From Eubacteriales bacterium (GTDB taxonomy: Bacteria; Bacillota; Clostridia; Oscillospirales; CAG-272): a stretch of 64,000 bases of DNA. A model generated the notes under the pieces. The model saw only the letters and a list, made by a program, of their open reading frames with translations. It was not told where the DNA came from and searched no databases. Each line of letters opens with the position of its first letter. The stretch's first letter is position 1. The DNA lies in contig JAZUBZ010000034.1 in NCBI GenBank assembly GCA_045638805.1, positions 7,458 through 71,457 on the forward strand, in the 5' to 3' direction. Both the position numbers and the translations under genes were made by a program. This document shows, piece after piece, positions 46,462 to 53,870 of this stretch.

Positions 46462-47076
46462 ATGCACATACCGACAGCGGAATCAACCGCAATAGATATA
46501 CTTACTTTTGACGAAGCCAGAATGCGCCGCGATGACAGCGCGGAATACGACCGCGAAAAATGGTTGTACATACCAGATTTTTATTCCGAATACCGATATA
46601 TTCTGGGGACCGCGGGAAAGCGACCTCTTATAGCTATCGGCATCAATCCGTCCACTGCCGAGCCCGACAATCTTGACAATACTCTCAAATCCGTGGAGCG
46701 CATTGCCCTCGGTAACGGATACGACTCCTTTATCATGTTCAACGTATACGCGCAAAGGGCTACAAACCCCGACCACATGGACAAGACCTTTAACGAAAGG
46801 CTCCACCTTGAGAATATGTGCGCATTCCGTTGGATACTTGAACGGTGCGAGGGTGTGCCCGGTGTATGGGCGGCATGGGGAACCATCGTTGAAAAGAGAG
46901 ATTACCTGAAGCGTTGCCTTGAGGATATGGTGCAGATAGGCAACGAGTTTGGCGCAGTGTGGTACAAGACTGGCAAAACGTCCGTAAAGGGGCATCCGCA
47001 TCACCCTCTGTATCTGAAAAAGGACTCAAAGCTTGAGCTTTTCGATATGCAGGGGTATTTTGAAAAAAGCTTTTAA
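46462..47076 (+). CDS. DUF1643-domain protein
   Basis: YRY.LG......PL.AIGINPSTA.....D.T........A...GY.....N.YA.RAT.P and GHPHHPLYL fit DUF1643. ATG after AAGGAGG. Confidence 0.7.
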   Translation: MHIPTAESTAIDILTFDEARMRRDDSAEYDREKWLYIPDFYSEYRYILGTAGKRPLIAIGINPSTAEPDNLDNTLKSVERIALGNGYDSFIMFNVYAQRATNPDHMDKTFNERLHLENMCAFRWILERCEGVPGVWAAWGTIVEKRDYLKRCLEDMVQIGNEFGAVWYKTGKTSVKGHPHHPLYLKKDSKLELFDMQGYFEKSF

Positions 47077-47097
47077 TTAAATATTGTACATGCTGAA

Positions 47098-47135
47098 AAG
47101 CAAAATGCTCTCGTAAAACCGAGAGCATTTTGCTT
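47098..47135. terminator. Bidirectional terminator
   Basis: 16-bp perfect stem AAGCAAAATGCTCTCG / CGAGAGCATTTTGCTT. Confidence 0.8.
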
Positions 47136-47167
47136 GTATGAAGTTAAAGAAGAGAAGAATCTTTCTA

Positions 47168-48568
47168 TTATTTATCCTGCTTGTTAGACTTAGCGCACTT
47201 AGCAACGATGAATCCAAGAGGAATAAGTGCAAGTACGTTGGGGATTACCATGATGTTGTTGAACATATCAGCAAGCTCCCAAACGAGGTCGTTCTTGAAG
47301 AGAGAACCGCCGAAGATGAAGAGGATAGCGATTACAGAGTAAACGATAGTCGCCTTCTTTCCGAAGAGGTACTCAACGTTCTGCTTACCGAAGAAGTTCC
47401 AGCTGATGATGGTTGTGAATGCGAAGAATGTAAGGCAGACAGCAATGATGATGTTACCTGCAGTCTGGTTGTCGAGAGCAGTACCGAGAGCGGTCTGCAT
47501 AAGATTGTTCTTGGTAAGCTCAGTAGCTGCAAGACCTTCAGCGGTACCGAGAGGACCACCGTTTGCGTAAAGTGTAGAGATAACAACGAGTGCGGTGATG
47601 GTGAGAACTACGAACGTGTCAATGAATACACCGATCATAGCAACAACACCCTGGTCGTGAGGCTTCTTTACTTCAGCCTGAGCGTGTGCGTGAGGTGTAG
47701 AACCCATACCTGCTTCGTTAGAGAAGAGACCGCGCTTTGCACCCTGGCTGATAGCAGCCTTGATAGCAGCACCCATAGTACCGCCGAGGAGAGCCTGAGG
47801 AGTGAATGCGAACTTGAAGATCATACCGAATGTTTCGGGTATAGCCTTGAAGTTGATAACGAGAACTACGATACCGACAACGAGGTAGATAACAGCCATG
47901 AGGGGAACGATCTTTTCAGCAACAGCAGCGATTCTCTTGATACCGCCGATGAAGATGAATGCGCAGATAACTGCGAGTACAGCACCGATGATCCATGTGG
48001 GGATGCCGAAAGCAGTCTCAATGGAGCTTGAGATAGAGTTGGACTGTACCATTGAGCCGATGAAGCCGAGAGCGATGGTAAGAGCGACAGCAAAGAATAC
48101 AGCGAGGAACTTACCGAAGAAGCCCTTGTATGCCTTCTTGATGTAGTAAACGGGACCACCGAGTACTTCGCCGTTTTCCTTAACGACACGTGTTTCCTGA
48201 GCGAGAGTAGCCTCGGCGTAGATGGTAGCCATACCGAAGAATGCGATGACCCACATCCAGAAGATAGCACCGGGACCACCAACGAGGATAGCGCCGCAGG
48301 CACCTACGATGTTACCTGTACCTACCTGAGCGGCAATAGCGGTAGCAAGCGCCTGGAAGGAGGAAAGACCGCCCTTGCTATTACCCTTCTTGAAGATACC
48401 GCCGAAGACCTTTTTGAAACCTTCGCCGAAGCATCTGATCTGAACGAATTTGGTTCTGAATGAGAAGTAGAGACCTGCGCCTACGAGAAGAAAGATAAGA
48501 ATGTAGTCAGACATGTAGGCATTGATTGTCTGAACGATGGGAAGCAGAAAAGCTTCGATTTTTTCCAT
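47168..48568 (-). CDS. Alanine/glycine:cation symporter (AGCS family)
   Basis: Polytopic membrane protein with ...FRTKFVQIR...GGLSSFQALATAIAAQVGTGNI.G... and ...SNEAGMGS.P.AHA... motifs. The ATG at 48568 follows CAGGAGG. Confidence 0.85.
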   Translation of the reverse strand: MEKIEAFLLPIVQTINAYMSDYILIFLLVGAGLYFSFRTKFVQIRCFGEGFKKVFGGIFKKGNSKGGLSSFQALATAIAAQVGTGNIVGACGAILVGGPGAIFWMWVIAFFGMATIYAEATLAQETRVVKENGEVLGGPVYYIKKAYKGFFGKFLAVFFAVALTIALGFIGSMVQSNSISSSIETAFGIPTWIIGAVLAVICAFIFIGGIKRIAAVAEKIVPLMAVIYLVVGIVVLVINFKAIPETFGMIFKFAFTPQALLGGTMGAAIKAAISQGAKRGLFSNEAGMGSTPHAHAQAEVKKPHDQGVVAMIGVFIDTFVVLTITALVVISTLYANGGPLGTAEGLAATELTKNNLMQTALGTALDNQTAGNIIIAVCLTFFAFTTIISWNFFGKQNVEYLFGKKATIVYSVIAILFIFGGSLFKNDLVWELADMFNNIMVIPNVLALIPLGFIVAKCAKSNKQDK

Positions 48569-48599
48569 GACTAAAAGTCCTCCTGAAATAAAGTAAATG

Positions 48600-48850
48600 A
48601 AAAAAGACTCCGCGTACACGCCGAGCCTCAGAAAAAGACACCGAAAACTTGCCACAGAGCCACGGCTCCGCATTCGGTTGCACTTTGTCCTTTTGCCTGA
48701 GAGATTAGCGGTATTCGCTTTGCACCTTCGGCACTCAATTTAATGAGCTTCTCCAAAGTTCTATCGGCTTACAGTCCCGTCCCGTAGGGACACCTGAGAG
48801 CGTTACTCCTTCGGTTGCCGTGTCGGCATTTCCTGCAAGCGTCATATAGA
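48600..48850 (-). promoter_or_regulatory. Tandem glycine riboswitch leader of the AGCS symporter gene
   Basis: The minus strand shows two aptamers. Aptamer 1: ...CAGGAAATGCC...CCGAAGGAGTAA...CTCAGG...GGGAC. Aptamer 2: GGAGAAGC...GCCGAAGGTGCAA...CTCTCAGGCAAAAGGAC. A hairpin plus T-run lies before the RBS. Confidence 0.8.
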
Positions 48851-48872
48851 GTATTTATTTTTCATGAGTAGT

Positions 48873-48901
48873 ATTATAGTACAAAGAATGACAAATTGCA
48901 A
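48873..48901 (-). promoter_or_regulatory. Promoter candidate for the glycine-riboswitch transcript
   Basis: Minus strand: TTGCAA, 17-nt spacer, TATAAT. Confidence 0.5.
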
Positions 48902-49077
48902 CAGTAAAATGAACATTTTTTTAACTTCGGCGTTTTGCTGTATTTTAGCCCTTTAGCACGGTAAAACGCTGTCAAAATTTGTACATATAGCACATTACAG
49001 TTTACTGCGTGTGGAAAAAGGTCAGTATATGGGCGAATGAAATCACAGAAAAGGGGAGAGAAAAAGTACAATTACAC

Positions 49078-49106
49078 TTGACATCTGTGGTTGTTTTTGA
49101 TATAAT
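49078..49106 (+). promoter_or_regulatory. Promoter candidate for tRNA-Pro
   Basis: TTGACA, 17-nt spacer, TATAAT, 17 nt upstream of the tRNA 5' end. Confidence 0.65.
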
Positions 49107-49123
49107 ACTACTGTTATGTATTT

Positions 49124-49197
49124 CGGGGTGTGGCTCAGTTTGGTAGAGCGCGACGTTCGGGACGTCGAAGCCGCTGGTTCGAATCCAGTCACTCCGA
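49124..49197 (+). tRNA. tRNA-Pro (anticodon CGG), no encoded CCA
   Basis: Acceptor CGGGGTG/CACTCCG plus discriminator A. D-arm GCTC-AGTTTGGTA-GAGC. Anticodon arm CGACG-TTCGGGA-CGTCG. T-arm GCTGG-TTCGAAT-CCAGT. Confidence 0.9.
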
Positions 49198-49250
49198 AAA
49201 AGAAAAAGCAGGGATTGCCCTGCTTTTTCTTTTTCGGAGTGACTGGATTC
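49181..49250. repeat. Perfect 33-bp inverted repeat (4-nt loop) whose left arm is the tRNA-Pro 3' end plus trailer; the inner part acts as terminator
   Basis: 49181-49213 GAATCCAGTCACTCCGAAAAAGAAAAAGCAGGG, loop ATTG, 49218-49250 CCCTGCTTTTTCTTTTTCGGAGTGACTGGATTC. I checked the pairing base by base. Confidence 0.95.
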
Positions 49251-49257
49251 AGAAAGA

Positions 49258-49350
49258 GCACATTCGCTTACGCGAAGTGCGGCGTGGATCTAGTCCGATG
49301 TTCGCACTAGTTACATCACGAGCGGGTTACCCAAAGGACGCAGACGCGTC
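49258..49350. repeat. Conserved tRNA-downstream module, copy B, ending in a plus-strand hairpin + T-run
   Basis: Hairpin GCACATTCGC-TTAC-GCGAAGTGC, then the core GGCGTGGATCTAGTCCGATGTTCGCACT, then ATCACGAG, then AGGACGC-AGA-GCGTCCT followed by TTTATTTTC. Confidence 0.8.
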
Positions 49351-49353
49351 CTT

Positions 49354-50766
49354 TTATTTTCTCTTAAACAATTTTACGAATAAGTTTTTTATGCCGGGTA
49401 ATTTATGATATATGTTCAGATCAGCTATCAATTCATCACAATTCTGATATCTGTCGTTGGGGTGACGCTCAATGCATTTGGAAATTATGTATTCAAGTCC
49501 GCGGGGGAGCGCGGGATCCGTTTTACGGACAGGTAATAATTCGTATGGAGGTTGCGTAGGATCAATCCCTGTTACAAGGTAGTGCATTGTAATTCCAAGG
49601 GAATATATATCTGTTCTTGCATCGATCGGGCAGAATTGAGAAAAACATTCCGGTGCGGCATAAGATAAGGTACCTAATATTGTCGATTTTCCGGCATTGA
49701 TCCTGTCACAAGTATCAACTCTGTGAAAATCAACAACTTTAAGGCTGCCGTCTGTTGTAAGAATGATGTTTGCAGGCTCTATATTACGGCAAACGTGAGG
49801 AGGTGTCTTTTTATGAAAATGATTCAGAAGGCTGCAAAGATCTTTAGCCCACCTAACGACTGTGTCAGCGGACTGAGCTCCGTTACTTCTCAGCAGACTT
49901 GCCAGGCTTGTACCTTCAATACGTTCATTTACGATAAAAATATATTCATTATCCTCGATAATATCAAAACATTCCGGAATTAAGGGATGCTTGTTTTTTA
50001 TTATCCAATACGTCTCGTTTAAATATAATTCACGCATGGTGGGTGCATAATAACGGTTTGTTTTATCCCATACTTTCATTGATAGTTTCTTTGACGTACT
50101 GTTGTCCTGTACAATAAACATCGAAGAGATTCCGTTGTTACATACAAATTCAGTGACCGAATATCTGTCGCCTATTACTTTGCCGAGAAGTTTATCCTTT
50201 ATGGTGGGAACAGTTGCGTTTTTTGATGGGATGGTCGGAGGATTCGGAAATGATTGTTTTTTTACGTCATATGTATTATACGAATGGTTCGGTTTATAGA
50301 ATATATATTTCTCAGAATTCGCAAAACAAATTTCGTCAGCGGGATTAAGCTGATATTTCTTCCCGGGTATCATTAAATTTCCATTCAAACAAGTGCCGTT
50401 CAGGGAAGTGTTGTCTCTGATAAACCAACGGCTGTTCTCATAATGGAATGAAGCATGATGTTTTGCCACCATACGGTTTGACATGAGACGGATGTCACAA
50501 GACTCATGTTTTCCTACGGTTATTATTTCTTTATCAAACTTTAATACTTCGTTAGTGCTTTCGACTGTAAGTGACAAAGAACAGGAATATAAAATAGTGG
50601 TTATTCCCGGAGGGTTCATAACGTATTCACCTATGTCGTACATATCCAACATATGATCATCCGGATCATTAATGATCTTAAATTCTTCGCCGCATATTTT
50701 ACACTTCTTTTTTATATAGCAGCAGTTGGTCTCCAATACCTCATATTCATGCTTGCACGGAGTCAT
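49354..50766 (-). CDS. Zinc-ribbon + FHA-domain + Ser/Thr-kinase-like protein with degenerate catalytic motifs (predicted pseudokinase)
   Basis: N-terminal C..........CC......C..C. FHA segment (ITVGKHESCDIRL...VAKHHA...NTSLNGTCLNG). Kinase fold with SMKV, AAPE and DIYSLG retained, but CRNIEPAN in place of HRD.KP.N, DFH in place of DFG, and no G.G..G loop. Confidence 0.75.
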   Translation of the reverse strand: MTPCKHEYEVLETNCCYIKKKCKICGEEFKIINDPDDHMLDMYDIGEYVMNPPGITTILYSCSLSLTVESTNEVLKFDKEIITVGKHESCDIRLMSNRMVAKHHASFHYENSRWFIRDNTSLNGTCLNGNLMIPGKKYQLNPADEICFANSEKYIFYKPNHSYNTYDVKKQSFPNPPTIPSKNATVPTIKDKLLGKVIGDRYSVTEFVCNNGISSMFIVQDNSTSKKLSMKVWDKTNRYYAPTMRELYLNETYWIIKNKHPLIPECFDIIEDNEYIFIVNERIEGTSLASLLRSNGAQSADTVVRWAKDLCSLLNHFHKKTPPHVCRNIEPANIILTTDGSLKVVDFHRVDTCDRINAGKSTILGTLSYAAPECFSQFCPIDARTDIYSLGITMHYLVTGIDPTQPPYELLPVRKTDPALPRGLEYIISKCIERHPNDRYQNCDELIADLNIYHKLPGIKNLFVKLFKRK

Positions 50767-51082
50767 GTTGATAGTCTCCCTCTGTTCGTATTATTAAAAT
50801 AAGAATTACAGTACTTTATAACAGAAGTACTGTCTCCTTTGTTTATTGTATCATATAAGTTAACGACTTGCAAGCACTCGGATGGACTAAAACGTGGGGA
50901 GTTTGTATTAGTTGAGAATTTTGTGTATATGATGTCTGTAATAAAAATTGCCGTTGATGTGTGTCAACGGCAGATGAGTAATAATGACTAAGCTCCACCT
51001 TTTCAGCCTTGTCATTGCGTAACAAATAAGTCCCCCGATATGCGATTCAACGAAATGCATGTCGGGGGACTTTTCTGTTTAC

Positions 51083-53686
51083 TTATCTTACGAAAGCTTT
51101 GTGGAAGCGCGCGAACATGGTCGCAGTTTCGCTTCTCTGCGCCTTGTCCTGAGGTGCGAGGCTTACCGTGTCTCCATTCTGCTTACCCGTTACGATTCCG
51201 ACACCGTTTGCCCAAGCAACTGCCTCGGCAAAGCCTGCGTAGGGGCTGATCTTGCCTGCATCGGGGAATGCAGAAATGTCTGCCTCCTCTGCCATTTCAG
51301 CTTTCTTGTAGTCCTTCATATATCTGTAAAGGAATACTGCAACCTGCTCACGTGTTACGAGAGCATCGGGGGAGAATGTGGTAGCACCTGTTCCCGTTGT
51401 AACTCCGTTTTGATATGCCCAAAGCACAGCGGGGGCGTACCATTCGCTTGCGGGTACGTCTGCGAAAGGATTATTGGCTGTATCAACAGCAGGTCTTCCT
51501 TCTATATTATATAGGAGCTGAACGATCATTGCGCGGCTGGTCTGTGTGGCGGGGGCAAAAAGTGTATCTGACGTGCCGTTCATAAGTCCCGTATCATAAG
51601 CGTAACCGACGGTAGGATAGAACCAATCATTATTTGACACGTCGGTGAACGCCATCTTCTTGTTTGAGGTAACAGCGTTATATGCTGCCTTTACCTGTTC
51701 TGCGGACATTGTGCCTTGGCTAAGTGAGAACATATTGATCATTGAGCCTTTAACCAAATTATCCTCTGTCATCGAGTAACCGCCAAGCGTTATCTTTTTG
51801 TAGGAGGTGTCAATATCAGTTTTGAGTCCGCCTGAGTGACGTTCCTCTCTTGTAAGCTCACCGTTTACGTAAAGACGCGCTTTCTTGTTATCATAGGTTA
51901 AGATAACGTGGATCCATTCATTTTCTTCAATGGGGGTGTGACATACGCTGAAAACGCCCGAATTTCTGGCTAACTCTACGTATGCTGACAGTATACCGTC
52001 TTCAACTGCTAAGTTGACAAACGCGTCCTTAAGGCTGAGTATCTGCTGATAAGGCCCGGTATCGGCGAGGTTAAAGTACGCCTCAAGGGTGAATGCGTGA
52101 CGGATAGCGTCGATATCCTCAAGGTCGAAGTCATAGGAAACTACGTTCATGCCGCCAAAGGATGCGGCCATTTTACCTATAGTCTCATCTGTGACGAGCT
52201 TCGTGGGGGCAGTGATCTTACCGCTGTGTCCCTTGAAGTCAGATTGATCACCGTAGGAATAATCAACACCGTAAAGTGTCTTAAGTGAGGTGTCAATGGT
52301 ATCGTCTCGCCCAACGTTTACGGTCCCCTTTGCCTTAACGGGAGCACTCTTCTTGCCGAAAGCACCCTCAGCCGTTACGGATATCTCGTAATCAGTGTCA
52401 TATTCGAGGCCGTAGATGGTGACTGTTCTGTTAGTACCGAAGGGTATGGAAGGATCGTTATATGTGTTCATGGTGAGCGTTTCGCCGCCGTTTACGGGAG
52501 TAACATAGATATTGTAGCTTTCTACGTAGTCGTAGTTCTTGTCGCTTGCAGGTTTTGCGTTCGCAGTGAACGTAATGTCGATAGAGTCAAAGTCACCCCT
52601 GTCCTTTACTGTGACGGTCACCCCTTCGCCGTATATGGGGGCGGAACCTTTAAGACAGTATGCGTTCGGATTTGCCGCCTTGGCGGGATCGTTGAAGTAT
52701 ATGAAATCCTTCGGCTTCTGCGATGAGTCAAGGATCCAATTTTCTCCTCCGTATATAAGCTGACCTGTGGTAAGATCAACTCGGTAAAGTTCGGTGGTGC
52801 CGTCCTTTTTAACGTCAAACACGGTAATGGATGAACCGAAAAGAGTATCCTCACACTGTCTGTAGTATTTTCCGACAGTACCTGTGATCACGCTTGTAAA
52901 GCCTGCTGACTGGTCGATAACGCCGGGGTTCATAGGATCAGGGTGAGAATGTCCCGAAATGTGTACAAGCTGAGGATAATTCTTCAAAAACTCGCGGGTC
53001 TCGGGTAGGTATCTGTCGCCCTCCTGATAGTCACCGAAAAGCGTATCCTCAAATCCAATGTGGGAAACTAAGAAAATGTGTCCCTTGTAGCCCGTTGCCT
53101 CTACCTCTTTTACTGCAGACACGATATAATCGTGCTTCGGCTCAAAATCGCTTGAGCTCCCCGCGACAGCAAGGCTTACTTTGATCACAGGAACTTTACC
53201 GCCGAGCCAATATATCATCTCGGTCTCCTGACCGACCTGCTCTCTGAAGTCATTTTCGATGTTGGGGTTGTAGCACTCGTGGTTTCCAAGCATAGAAATA
53301 GTGGTTCCTACAGCGGCACCGGCGCCGGCACCCTTGCCCGTAAAGGAGTCAACCTCAACGGTGAGTTTCTCGCTGTTTTCCGCAACGATGCTCTGGTAGG
53401 CTGCAAGCTCCTCGGGTGTGCCGCCCTCCGTAAGGTCGCCTGCGGCGATAAAGGCGTCAACACCGCCGATACGTTTCATTGCCGCATAGGCATTTTTAAG
53501 CTTATCAACGGAGTCTCCGTAGCCGATGTGGATGTCGCTTCCCACGGCGAAGCGGACGACAACGTCGCTTCCCTTGGGGATCGCAGACAGCTTGTTTGCA
53601 GTCGGGATGAACGCTGCTATGGCGGGGCAGACGGTCATCGACAGTATAAGTACAAAAATTAGAATACTTGATATGATCTTTTTCAT
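51083..53686 (-). CDS. Secreted metallophosphoesterase with LamG/ConA-like domain and three C-terminal SLH repeats
   Basis: Signal peptide. GSDIHIG, AGDLTEGG, GNHE and GHSHPD phosphoesterase motifs. LamG-like segment (WIHVILTYDNKKARLYVNGE). SLH repeats (F.DV....WY...V.WA...G...G). Confidence 0.8.
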   Translation of the reverse strand: MKKIISSILIFVLILSMTVCPAIAAFIPTANKLSAIPKGSDVVVRFAVGSDIHIGYGDSVDKLKNAYAAMKRIGGVDAFIAAGDLTEGGTPEELAAYQSIVAENSEKLTVEVDSFTGKGAGAGAAVGTTISMLGNHECYNPNIENDFREQVGQETEMIYWLGGKVPVIKVSLAVAGSSSDFEPKHDYIVSAVKEVEATGYKGHIFLVSHIGFEDTLFGDYQEGDRYLPETREFLKNYPQLVHISGHSHPDPMNPGVIDQSAGFTSVITGTVGKYYRQCEDTLFGSSITVFDVKKDGTTELYRVDLTTGQLIYGGENWILDSSQKPKDFIYFNDPAKAANPNAYCLKGSAPIYGEGVTVTVKDRGDFDSIDITFTANAKPASDKNYDYVESYNIYVTPVNGGETLTMNTYNDPSIPFGTNRTVTIYGLEYDTDYEISVTAEGAFGKKSAPVKAKGTVNVGRDDTIDTSLKTLYGVDYSYGDQSDFKGHSGKITAPTKLVTDETIGKMAASFGGMNVVSYDFDLEDIDAIRHAFTLEAYFNLADTGPYQQILSLKDAFVNLAVEDGILSAYVELARNSGVFSVCHTPIEENEWIHVILTYDNKKARLYVNGELTREERHSGGLKTDIDTSYKKITLGGYSMTEDNLVKGSMINMFSLSQGTMSAEQVKAAYNAVTSNKKMAFTDVSNNDWFYPTVGYAYDTGLMNGTSDTLFAPATQTSRAMIVQLLYNIEGRPAVDTANNPFADVPASEWYAPAVLWAYQNGVTTGTGATTFSPDALVTREQVAVFLYRYMKDYKKAEMAEEADISAFPDAGKISPYAGFAEAVAWANGVGIVTGKQNGDTVSLAPQDKAQRSETATMFARFHKAFVR

Positions 53687-53870
53687 TACAGTTATGCCTT
53701 TCTCAAAAAAATGTTCATATCACAATTATACAATATTTTTTATAAATTGTAAAGCCTTGTTGGCAAAAGAAACGATAAATATACAAGATGAAGCTAAATA
53801 AATGTTGACATTACAATTTCCGTCATGTATAATGAAAACATCAAAACATATATGAACGGAGATAATATGT

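Noticed and set aside
47138-48031. 297-aa ORF on the plus strand, antisense to the AGCS symporter gene
   Set aside because: It overlaps a clear membrane-transporter gene entirely. Its Cys/Asp/Glu/Ser-rich composition is not protein-like, and its start lies inside the bidirectional terminator.
49124-51082. Integrated prophage or ICE at tRNA-Pro
   Set aside because: There is no integrase, no direct repeat of the tRNA 3' end further right (I looked through 50767-51082), and only one gene in the AT-rich segment. At most it is a remnant islet.
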